Source: an uncultured Acidobacteriota bacterium
GTDB taxonomy: Bacteria; Acidobacteriota; UBA6911
Assembly: GCA_963827655.1 (NCBI GenBank)
Contig: CAWHCF010000043.1
Coordinates: 75,726-139,725 of the forward strand
Direction: 5' to 3'
Length of the DNA: 64,000 bases
The notes beneath the pieces are model-generated. The model ran no database searches, was not told the origin of the DNA, and worked only from the letters and a program-made list of their open reading frames with translations. Below are positions 23,363-31,621 of this stretch, piece by piece. Every line of letters begins with the position of its first letter. Position 1 is the first letter of the stretch. The translations under genes and the position numbers were made by a program.

Positions 23363-24270
23363 GACTCTCCTATGACCTGGAGGAACACGTCTTCGAGGGA
23401 TTGCTTCAGCGGAACCAGATGCCGTATCTGCACATGGTGTTCGCGCGCTGCACGCAGAATGCTCCCGCTGCCGAGTCCATCCATCAGATGGACCTTGAGC
23501 ATTCCATTTTCACCATCCAGGCACTGGCAGCCGAGCATTTGAAGTTCCGCGCGGAAAGCCTCGACGTCGCCCTTGATGCGGCACTCGAAGACAGGACCGA
23601 CGGCGCGTTTCAACTCCTGGATTTTTCCCGATGCCAGGCGCTTTCCTTTGTGAATCACCGTTGCTTCCTGACACACCCACTCCACATCTGGCAGGAGGTG
23701 AGACGACAGAATGACGTGTATTCCTTTACTGGTAGAAATGTCCTGGATGAGACCCAGCATTTCCACCCGGCCCTTGGGGTCGAGTCCATTGGTGGGCTCG
23801 TCCAGGAAGACCAGTTCCGGATCGTGCACGAGAGCCTGCCCGAGCTTGATGCGCTGCTTCATCCCGGTCGAATAGGTCTCCAGGTTGCGATAGCGCGCCT
23901 CTCCGAGCCCGACGTAGTAGAGGATTTCATGAGCGCGCTGGAGCGCGTCCTTAGGCTTCATCCCGGTAAGCTGACCGGCGTAAGAAACGAAACTTACCGC
24001 ATTCATGCCCGGGATATGGCAGTCATTCTCGGGCATGTAGCCTACTCGCTGACGAATCGAAAGCTGTTGGGTCCGAACATTGAAGCCAAGCACGCTGCCG
24101 TCGCCAGAACTTGGTGAAAGAAATCCAAGAAGCGTTTTCAACAATGTAGTCTTGCCGGCGCCGTTCGGACCAAGCAATCCCATCGAGCCGCCCGAGAACT
24201 GCATGCTGACTCCGTCGAGCGCCTTCTGTTTGCCGAACGTTACCGTAATGTTCTCAAAATCGATAATCAC
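23359..24270 (-). CDS. ABC transporter ATP-binding protein
   Basis: GPNGAGKT, YSTGMKQR, VFLDEP. Confidence 0.93.
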   Translation of the reverse strand: MIIDFENITVTFGKQKALDGVSMQFSGGSMGLLGPNGAGKTTLLKTLLGFLSPSSGDGSVLGFNVRTQQLSIRQRVGYMPENDCHIPGMNAVSFVSYAGQLTGMKPKDALQRAHEILYYVGLGEARYRNLETYSTGMKQRIKLGQALVHDPELVFLDEPTNGLDPKGRVEMLGLIQDISTSKGIHVILSSHLLPDVEWVCQEATVIHKGKRLASGKIQELKRAVGPVFECRIKGDVEAFRAELQMLGCQCLDGENGMLKVHLMDGLGSGSILRAAREHHVQIRHLVPLKQSLEDVFLQVIGES

Positions 24271-24351
24271 ACTTCCGCCTCTGGATCTTGCAGCGGTAGT
24301 ACGACCCCCGGGATCTATAAGTTCGAGGAATTATACTCCACCGCATCACCG

Positions 24352-24412
24352 CGTTTCTTGCGGTCTTCGTAATTGTTCCTGTTCCCACCGCAGAGACGCG
24401 AAGACGCCGAGA
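24352..24412. repeat. Degenerate family A element
   Basis: CGTTTCTTGCGGTCTTCGTAATT...CACCGCAGAGACGCGAAGACGCCGAG. Confidence 0.6.
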
Positions 24413-24476
24413 ATTACCTCGAGGAGCGGGCTTCCGCACTCCAAGAGCGCGCTTTGACGTGCGCAAGCTTGCTCTG

Positions 24477-24768
24477 ACCTTACACGCATCTTGTAAAGGC
24501 CCAGCAACGAACGGTTACGCCAGCTCGCGCCCTGAAAGGGCGAAGGAAATTAGCCGGGGGCAAGCGGAGCGCTGCCCACGGTCACAGTGCAGGCGAAGAA
24601 ACGCGCCCCGGAGGGGCGCTGGACGCGGCCCATGAATGCTCCGGACGCCCGTTCAGGGCGCATGGAACTATAAACCCCAGCCCCGGGCTGCGCTTCGCTT
24701 GCCCGGGGCTAATTTCCGTCGCCCCCTCCGGGGCGAAATCGCCGAGACCTATGAGATGCGTGTAAGGT
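24477..24768. mobile_element. MITE-like element with perfect 15-bp terminal inverted repeats enclosing a REP cassette
   Basis: ACCTTACACGCATCT (24477-91) / AGATGCGTGTAAGGT (24754-68); internal CGCCCTGAAAGGGCG, CGCCCCGGAGGGGCG, CGCCCGTTCAGGGCG, CGCCCCCTCCGGGGCG. Confidence 0.75.
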
Positions 24769-24903
24769 TCAAGAGCGTGCTTGCGCTATGTGGTGCCGCT
24801 TCCGTCTGAATCGCAAGGAAATACCTTGTCACTGAAGCAACCGCCGCCTAAAATCATAGAAGCTCGCTTTGCCCTGCAGAAAAAAGGACAGCGAGAAAAC
24901 TTG

Positions 24904-25254
24904 ATGGCATATTTCAACTCAAGATCTACGTCAGGATGTTTGCTGGTGCTCCTCTGCACCGGCCTCTCTCTTTTGCTCGGCGTCGAATCCGGACGCTATC
25001 GGCTTCTTTCCATCACCCAGTCCGTGAAATTGATTTTAGTGTCGCAGATTCCCAACAAGACAAAGTACGTCCTGGATGCGTCCACTACCAAGATCACGGT
25101 TGACGGCAAGCCGGCGGAATTCCTGGATTTGAGGGCCTTCACAGTCGTTCACATCAAGTTCGAGGTCAAGAAGGGGACCAAGGAAGGAGTTGACATTGAC
25201 GGGGTCGCTACAGAAATCTCCGTTTCCACGCCGGAGAATCAAAAAGCGCCATAA
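24904..25254 (+). CDS. Small exported hypothetical protein (beta-rich)
   Basis: Hydrophobic leader, then ...LDASTTKITVDGKPAEF...; coding-like composition. Confidence 0.6.
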   Translation: MAYFNSRSTSGCLLVLLCTGLSLLLGVESGRYRLLSITQSVKLILVSQIPNKTKYVLDASTTKITVDGKPAEFLDLRAFTVVHIKFEVKKGTKEGVDIDGVATEISVSTPENQKAP

Positions 25255-25341
25255 ATAGTTTAATTAATTAGGCTTACATACTCAAAAGATTCACTAAAAA
25301 TCCCCTTCTCGCCTGACTTTCTTTTGCTTATAATTCGATCC

Positions 25342-25467
25342 GTCCAACGGTACCCCCAGCGGTGGCCGGGGGCACCACCTTCAGCCCCACCATCGGTGGC
25401 TTCAGAAAGACTGCCTGGCAGCGGGTCTAATAACCGGCTGTCTGTCAAGTTTTGTACCGTGATGGAC
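25342..25467 (+). ncRNA. Candidate structured non-coding RNA / leader, family not recognised
   Basis: TATAAT at 25329-34; closing stem GTCCA-ACGGTAC / GTACCGT-GA-TGGAC enclosing three hairpins. Confidence 0.4.
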
Positions 25468-25673
25468 CGCGTTACGAGAGTTTTCTTCCCGTTTTTGGAA
25501 GTCAAATCTTCTCAAGCGTGACTCTGACATCCAACAACTGACTGCTGACGAGGTTTGTTAGTGGTCGGCTTCGGGCTCGGTTGTCCATTGTGCAAGGGTC
25601 TCCAAGGTCACAGCCTCTTGCCTGGTGAGTGGTTCAGCCGAGGCCCTGAAGAAGCGCCAGGTTTGGAGGAACC

Positions 25674-26723
25674 ATGGGTCTGGGCTCCGCACTCCAATAT
25701 GTCGATAATTGGGAAACGGAGCGTTACGAGTTGCTCAATACTCGCGTCTGTGATCTGGCACTCAATTTCGACGAGACTCCGCTCCGGCGGTGCATCGAGC
25801 GACTCTACGCGGAACTCGCAGCCAAGAAGATTCGGTTCAGGCCCCCCTACTATTTCACCTGTGGCGGCGACGAGTGGGGGTGCCCCGATCGAGTCCCGAT
25901 TATCGGCGTTCCATTTCACCTTGCCGATAACAAACTCACTCGCATCGAGCGAGAGCTGGGTTATACCGCCTATGACCGGCAGGATCTCATGTTTCTTTTG
26001 AGACACGAGACCGGTCATGCCATCAACTACGCTTACCAACTCTTCCGTACTCGAGAGTGGCAGCGAACTTTCGGCGCTTTTAACAAGAGTTACCCTGTAA
26101 ACTTCAAGTTTAAATTTAACCCATTCAGCCGCAATTATGTGAAGAGTCAGGGCGACCCGAAGTATTACGCGCAGTCCCATCCAGACGAGGATTTCGCGGA
26201 AACCTTCGCCGTCTGGTTAACGCCGCGTTCCAATTGGCGCATCCAATACCGGAACTGGCCCGCGTTGAAAAAACTCGAGTACGTGGATCGAGTGATGGGG
26301 CGGCTTAGACGCACGAACCCGAAGGTATCAAGCCGGGATATGGATTCTCCGTATCATTCCAAGACCTATACCCTGATTGAGTATTACGGCGAGGACCTGG
26401 AGAACTTCAAGGACAAGGCTCTTGGAATCTACGATGCGGACCTCAGGCGGATCTTCGCTTCGTCCAATGGACACCGGAGGAGCGTGCCGGCGAAGGACCT
26501 CATTCGAAGGAATCGCCGCTTCTTGATCGAGACCATCGCAAAGTGGACCGGCGCCAGGGAGAAGACCGTACTTCCCGTAATCAACAAGTTTTTTCATCGA
26601 TGCCGGGAACTCGGCCTGACGCTGCACACGGAGGATGAAAGCTTTCCGCTAGCCTCGGTAACCGCGCTCGGGACTGCTGTAGTAATGAACTACCTGCATA
26701 CAGGCCGCTACATTCCTGACTGA
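25674..26723 (+). CDS. Putative zinc-binding metallopeptidase
   Basis: HETGH (HExxH); YAQSHPDEDFAETFAVWL; GGAGG RBS. Confidence 0.82.
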   Translation: MGLGSALQYVDNWETERYELLNTRVCDLALNFDETPLRRCIERLYAELAAKKIRFRPPYYFTCGGDEWGCPDRVPIIGVPFHLADNKLTRIERELGYTAYDRQDLMFLLRHETGHAINYAYQLFRTREWQRTFGAFNKSYPVNFKFKFNPFSRNYVKSQGDPKYYAQSHPDEDFAETFAVWLTPRSNWRIQYRNWPALKKLEYVDRVMGRLRRTNPKVSSRDMDSPYHSKTYTLIEYYGEDLENFKDKALGIYDADLRRIFASSNGHRRSVPAKDLIRRNRRFLIETIAKWTGAREKTVLPVINKFFHRCRELGLTLHTEDESFPLASVTALGTAVVMNYLHTGRYIPD

Positions 26724-26790
26724 GTTCTTCGCGTCTAGCGGTGAACTACTGCGGAACGAAAAAACCACCACGAGGACGCAAAGGCGCCAC
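26723..26790. repeat. Degenerate family A element between convergent genes
   Basis: TTCTTCGCGTCTAGCGGTG...ACCACCACGAGGACGCAAAGGCGCC. Confidence 0.6.
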
Positions 26791-26792
26791 CT

Positions 26793-28148
26793 TCACTTTA
26801 GTTGTGCGATGAGGTCCAGCGTCTCTCGAACCAGGGCTTGCGCGCGGCGGCGCGATTTCGCCTCGGCGACTATGCGCACAACAGGCTCTGTGTTCGAGGC
26901 GCGCACGTGAAGGCAGGCATCAGGCCAGAACAGCTTAAGACCGTCCAGCTTTGTCTTGCCGGCGGCGGCGAGACGACGCTCCAGGCTTTCCAGCAACGGC
27001 GAAACGCGATCGGGAGGCAAATCGACTTTCTGCTTGACCATGAAGTAACGAGGGATCTGTTCGAGTATCTGAGGGAGAGACTTGCGGTGGTCCGCCATTA
27101 ATTGCAGCACGGCTCCCATGCCGCTCATGCTGTCGCGGCAGTAGTGTATCTCCGGAAGTATCACGCCGCCATTCCCTTCCCCTCCCACCACCGCGCCGGC
27201 ATGTATCATCTCCTCGACTACATTGGCCTCGCCTATCTTGGTTCGTATCACCGGACAGGAGAGGCTCTCAGCGATGTCATCAATGGCTCGCGTGGTCGAA
27301 AGATTGGTCACCACCGGGCCTCGGTGTTTCTCGAGCACGAAGAGAGTCGCCAGAGCCAGAGTGTAATCCTCGCCGATCGGGTTCCCGAGCGGATCGATGA
27401 CGGCGAGCCGATCGGCGTCGGCATCCTGCGCGAAACCGACGTCCGCGCGGTGTTGAACGACCGCCTTGCGGAGCACAGTCAGGTTTTCGGGGATAGGCTC
27501 GGGGTCGCGGGGGAAGATGCCGTTGGGCGTGGTATGAAGCTCGACAACCCGGCATCCCAATGCCCGCAAGAATTGCGGGGCCGCGAGACTTCCGGCTCCA
27601 TTGCAGGAATCGAGCACCACCTTGAGCCGGGCGCGCCGAATGAGGTCGGCGTCAAAATAGCGGAGCAGGCGCTGGATGTGGCCAGGAATTGCCTGCGCAT
27701 CCCGCCGGACGTCGCGTATTTCGCTCGACGGAACCAGCGTGAAGCTGCGCTGGTGATAGATGTCGAGCAGTTCATCGGCCTGGTAGGCGTTAAGAAAGAG
27801 TCCTTCGGCGCTTATGAACTTCAGCGCATTCCATTGAGCAGGATTATGGCTGGCGGTAATGGCAATGGCTCCGCTCGAGCGCACCTCTGCGGCGCGGATC
27901 TGTATCGAAGGGACCGGGCAAATACCCAGGTCCACCGGCTCGCATCCTGCGGCTAGAAGACCCGCGAATACTGCGTTGCCGACCATCTCGCCCGACTGTC
28001 GCGTATCCCTGCCGACCAGGATCGGGCCGGGGCCCAGGTAAGTGCCAAATGCCCCCGCAAAGGCGGTCAACAGCTGCGGAGTCAGGGTATCGCCCACGAT
28101 GCCCCGAACCCCGGAAATGCTGATCTTCAGCGAGCGGACTTTGTTCAC
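26793..28148 (-). CDS. glmM: Phosphoglucosamine mutase / phosphomannomutase family
   Basis: ISGVRG, ITASHNP, DADADR, GGEGNGG, VRASNTEP. Confidence 0.85.
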   Translation of the reverse strand: MNKVRSLKISISGVRGIVGDTLTPQLLTAFAGAFGTYLGPGPILVGRDTRQSGEMVGNAVFAGLLAAGCEPVDLGICPVPSIQIRAAEVRSSGAIAITASHNPAQWNALKFISAEGLFLNAYQADELLDIYHQRSFTLVPSSEIRDVRRDAQAIPGHIQRLLRYFDADLIRRARLKVVLDSCNGAGSLAAPQFLRALGCRVVELHTTPNGIFPRDPEPIPENLTVLRKAVVQHRADVGFAQDADADRLAVIDPLGNPIGEDYTLALATLFVLEKHRGPVVTNLSTTRAIDDIAESLSCPVIRTKIGEANVVEEMIHAGAVVGGEGNGGVILPEIHYCRDSMSGMGAVLQLMADHRKSLPQILEQIPRYFMVKQKVDLPPDRVSPLLESLERRLAAAGKTKLDGLKLFWPDACLHVRASNTEPVVRIVAEAKSRRRAQALVRETLDLIAQLK

Positions 28149-29509
28149 TCGTTCCCTCTCCCAGCCTGAACGCGCGCGATCTGGTCGATGGACTGGTCGT
28201 AAAGATCACGGGCGCGCGTTTCGGCCTCGGCCTCGACGATGATTCGAACCAGCGGCTCGGTATTGCTGGCTCGAACATGCAGCCAGGCGTCGGGCCAATC
28301 GACCCTCACTCCATCCTCGAGATTCGGCGAGTTTTCATGGTAGCGCTTGCGAAAGGCTTCAAGCACGGGATAAGTTCGTTCGGAAGAACTCGGCAGCGCT
28401 CCCTTCAGAAGGTAGTATCGAGGAAAGCGATGGGCGAGCTCGCCGAGGGTCGCTCCGGTTCGAGCCATGCATTGCAGCACAATCCCTGCGGTAGAGAAAG
28501 CGTCGAACCAGCGGTTCCACTTGGGAACGACTACGCCGCCGCTTCCCTCCCCGCCGACGGCAGCCTTCTCGCCCAGCACCCGCTCGACCACGTAGCCTTC
28601 CCCGATCCGGGCGTAGATCACTTTGCGTCGATGCCTGGCGGCCACGCTCTCCACCATGCGAGACGTAGAGAGCGTGGATACGACAGGCCCGCGCGTCGAA
28701 TCGAGAAGATAGTCGGCCACGATGGGGAAAACATATTCCTCGCTTAAAGCGTTCCCTCCTTCAGCCACGAATCCCAACCGGTCGGCATCAGCATTTACCG
28801 AAATACCCAGATCGGCCTCCACGCTTTTCACTACTGAAGCGACTCCCTTCATATTGCGAACGTTCGGTTCGGGAGGATGGGGAAATTCGCCGTCGGGCTC
28901 ATCGTTCAACCGGATGACTTTGCATCCCAGCCGCTCGAGGAACGCAGGGATCAAGCCGGCACCGGCGCCGGCGCAGCAATCGCTGACAATCTTGAAACGC
29001 GCCTTCCGGATAGACGCGACATCGAGCCTGGCCAGAAGGTAATCGAAATAACGTTCGGACATATCAGGCATCCCCTGAACTTTCCCGAGACTATTCCAGG
29101 GATTCTTTCTGAACTCGCCCAGGTGATAGATGTCCATCACCTCCTGGCTTTGGTAGGAATTGAGGAGCATTCCCTCCTTGCCGATAAACTTGAGCGCATT
29201 CCATTTAGCGTCGTTATGGCTGGCGGTGATGGAAATTCCTCCGGCCAGCCGGCTCGACCGTATGGCAAATTGGACCAGTGGCGTGGGCGCGAGCCCGAGG
29301 TCGACGACTGAACAGCCACAGGACTGGAGTCCTGCGAGCACGGCGGCGTGAACCATCGGGGAGGATCGTCGAGAGTCGTGTCCCACGGCAACCGAAGCGC
29401 CGTCTACGAAGGTTCCGAAAGCGCAGGCGAAGTCAACCAACAGCTCCGGTGTCAGGGTTTCTCCGACGACTCCACGAACCCAGGAAATCCCAATCTTCAG
29501 AGGTCTCAT
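28145..29509 (-). CDS. Second phosphohexomutase paralog (divergent metal loop)
   Basis: ISWVRG, ITASHND, NADADR, GGEGSGG, VRASNTEP. Confidence 0.85.
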   Translation of the reverse strand: MRPLKIGISWVRGVVGETLTPELLVDFACAFGTFVDGASVAVGHDSRRSSPMVHAAVLAGLQSCGCSVVDLGLAPTPLVQFAIRSSRLAGGISITASHNDAKWNALKFIGKEGMLLNSYQSQEVMDIYHLGEFRKNPWNSLGKVQGMPDMSERYFDYLLARLDVASIRKARFKIVSDCCAGAGAGLIPAFLERLGCKVIRLNDEPDGEFPHPPEPNVRNMKGVASVVKSVEADLGISVNADADRLGFVAEGGNALSEEYVFPIVADYLLDSTRGPVVSTLSTSRMVESVAARHRRKVIYARIGEGYVVERVLGEKAAVGGEGSGGVVVPKWNRWFDAFSTAGIVLQCMARTGATLGELAHRFPRYYLLKGALPSSSERTYPVLEAFRKRYHENSPNLEDGVRVDWPDAWLHVRASNTEPLVRIIVEAEAETRARDLYDQSIDQIARVQAGRGNE

Positions 29510-29542
29510 TTCGGCGGCTTCTTGGCGGATCCTTTGCACTCT

Positions 29543-29977
29543 TCAGGATTCGCCGCGGATGCTCCCTTCGACCAGCTCTCCAATGCTCAAATCATAACCC
29601 TTGTGCCTGGGATTGCGCGCATATCCACGATAGATGGTGTTGCAGAAATAGCAAACGGTTACTTCGGGAAGTCGATAGTATAGGAACCAATCCAAGGCAG
29701 CTGCAACCAGTAGGCTCAATCCGTAGGTGAAGACGCTCGTGATGGCTCCGACCACTAGAATGGCGCAGCCCAGCCTCCGGTTGAAGTCTTTCTGAAGGTA
29801 GAACAGATCCTTACCGCACACGACGCAGGTGTCGATCAAGCTTTGCCGGACGATCGATTCAGAGACCTTAAGATATATGGCGGCCTGGCAATGCTCGCAG
29901 CTCAGATTCTCGGTGCTTTCGCCCGTGACATAGACATTCTCTTGTGAACACGACGGGCAAAGAAAGTTGATTCGCAT
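29543..29977 (-). CDS. Cys-rich (zinc-ribbon-like) membrane protein
   Basis: CPSC, CEHC, CVVC, QKDFN, two TM helices, VCYFC; start MRINFLC directly after the upstream stop. Confidence 0.7.
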   Translation of the reverse strand: MRINFLCPSCSQENVYVTGESTENLSCEHCQAAIYLKVSESIVRQSLIDTCVVCGKDLFYLQKDFNRRLGCAILVVGAITSVFTYGLSLLVAAALDWFLYYRLPEVTVCYFCNTIYRGYARNPRHKGYDLSIGELVEGSIRGES

Positions 29978-29979
29978 GA

Positions 29980-30831
29980 CTACAACGGGTATCCGATCGA
30001 CACCAGAATGTAACGAGAGAGGAACTCGCCGAAGAGGATGAAGACGACGGCCACATAAAGAATTCCGGTGGCCGATTGTGTCGATCGGATTTTCACCGTC
30101 TGCCAGATCATCCAGGATAAGGCCAGGGGAAGAATCAAGCCGAATAGAATCCGCTGGCCGATGAACAGCATGTTGACCAGCATGACATTTGAGAGGATGT
30201 CGGCTCCGGATGAGCTCAGCTCCTTCCAGATCAAGACCGACGTGTAGCTCCCCAGGAGCACGCGGGCAATCAGAACGCCGATGAAAAGACCCGCTATAAT
30301 CTGTAAATGACGCACGGGCATTCCCGGATCGACCAGGTACCAGTGTCCCAGGATCATGCAGATCACCACGGAACCTAGCGCGAGCGCAGAGAGAATGGAA
30401 TCGAGGGGAAAGAGAAATACCCCGACCGGAGAAGGAATAGCGCCGTTCACCAGGTCCGAGGAGAGTATCGTCAGGGAAAACGCGCCCGAAAGCGCAGCCG
30501 CAGCCAGCAGCATCCGACTGATCAAATACTTCCGAAACGGTAAGCCGACGAGATAACCAACGAGCAGCGCCGCAACCGCCCAAAGCCACGGGGTGGCGCC
30601 GTCGATGTGGGTCTGCCAGTGGAGCACGCGCTCTCGTGAAGAAAGCGCCGCTTCGCCCCGCACATATACGCTGTAGGCGAGTTGAGCCAGGACCAGCAAG
30701 GCCAGGCTGATGGTTCCGTTGAAGCGAAAGAACCGTTCTCCCAGTGCCCGTTGCGAGAGGACCAGGAGGCTGAGCAGCATCCCCACAACGAGGTGTACGG
30801 AGACAAGGTAGAAGATGATGAAGCCGATCAT
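29980..30831 (-). CDS. Multi-pass membrane protein, possibly DmsC/NrfD-like anchor
   Basis: About 8 TM; MILGHWYL; STQSATGILYV; C-terminal GEFLSRY resembles the DmsC GE..GR.LF motif. Confidence 0.65.
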   Translation of the reverse strand: MIGFIIFYLVSVHLVVGMLLSLLVLSQRALGERFFRFNGTISLALLVLAQLAYSVYVRGEAALSSRERVLHWQTHIDGATPWLWAVAALLVGYLVGLPFRKYLISRMLLAAAALSGAFSLTILSSDLVNGAIPSPVGVFLFPLDSILSALALGSVVICMILGHWYLVDPGMPVRHLQIIAGLFIGVLIARVLLGSYTSVLIWKELSSSGADILSNVMLVNMLFIGQRILFGLILPLALSWMIWQTVKIRSTQSATGILYVAVVFILFGEFLSRYILVSIGYPL

Positions 30832-30857
30832 TCGACTTGGAGGGAGCGAACCCGGGG

Positions 30858-30905
30858 ACCTTGCGCCTTGGTGGTTGTGCCAGGCCACCGCCAAGACACG
30901 AAGAA
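30858..30905. repeat. Short family A element
   Basis: CTTGCGCCTTGGTGGTT...CCACCGCCAAGACACGAAGAAG. Confidence 0.6.
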
Positions 30906-30910
30906 GTCTT

Positions 30911-31213
30911 TTACAAACCCAGGTGGACTTCCAGTCCTTCGACTTTTACCGGATAGGTCTTGACTGAAATATTGGGATTAATAGGGCACACACCCGTGGT
31001 GACGTTGTAGGTCCAGCCATGCCACGGGCAAATGACGGTCTCCCCTTCGAGAAAACCCTCGCCCAACGGACCTCCAAGGTGAAGACAGGTATTGTCGATA
31101 GCGTAAAAGGTCCCGCCCACGTTGAACAGCGCGATTTGACGGTCGCCCGCTACCACTACTTTCCCCTGCCCCGGCTGCACGTCTGTTGTTGCGGCCACTC
31201 GCACAAAATTCAC
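30911..31213 (-). CDS. Rieske [2Fe-2S] ferredoxin
   Basis: CLHLGGPL...CPWHG. Confidence 0.9.
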   Translation of the reverse strand: MNFVRVAATTDVQPGQGKVVVAGDRQIALFNVGGTFYAIDNTCLHLGGPLGEGFLEGETVICPWHGWTYNVTTGVCPINPNISVKTYPVKVEGLEVHLGL

Positions 31214-31287
31214 AATGATGTTCCCCTCGAACCGCTCTCTCGACCAGGGAGTTTCCAGAATCTCATCGAGGAAGTCACGAGCAAGGA

Positions 31288-31575
31288 CTAGTGGGCGCCT
31301 ACAGGCTCCGCTTCGGGAATGACCTCTTCATAGGTATACATGTCGATCGTTTCCCAGGGACAGTATTTGGCGCACAAGGTGCATCCAATACAGCGGTCAT
31401 AGTCCACCACGCAGACCTTATCCACTTCCATGTGATTCGGGCCCTTCACGAGGTCGATGCAGTCCACCGGGCAAAACACGATACAAGCCTCACAGCCGGT
31501 GCATCCTTCCACATGAATCACGGCTAACTGTTTGGGTTTCTTTTTTCTGGGCGGCTTCGGTGCGCCTTCGGGCAT
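31288..31575 (-). CDS. 2x[4Fe-4S] dicluster ferredoxin
   Basis: CTGCEACIVFCP and CIGCTLCAKYCP; basic N-terminus. Confidence 0.9.
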   Translation of the reverse strand: MPEGAPKPPRKKKPKQLAVIHVEGCTGCEACIVFCPVDCIDLVKGPNHMEVDKVCVVDYDRCIGCTLCAKYCPWETIDMYTYEEVIPEAEPVGAH

Positions 31576-31621
31576 GAAGTCGATCTCCTATTTAATCAGT
31601 TTTGAGTCTCGGCATTAGATT

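Noticed and set aside
25512-25600. glmS ribozyme (AGCG...TGACGAGG near glmM-like genes)
   Set aside because: The AGCGCC, TATCG and TCGGCGG core elements are absent, and it is not upstream of glmS.
29978-30589. N-terminal 200 aa of the 348-aa ORF 29543..30589
   Set aside because: Out-of-frame overlap with the real membrane-protein gene; the real gene starts at 29977.
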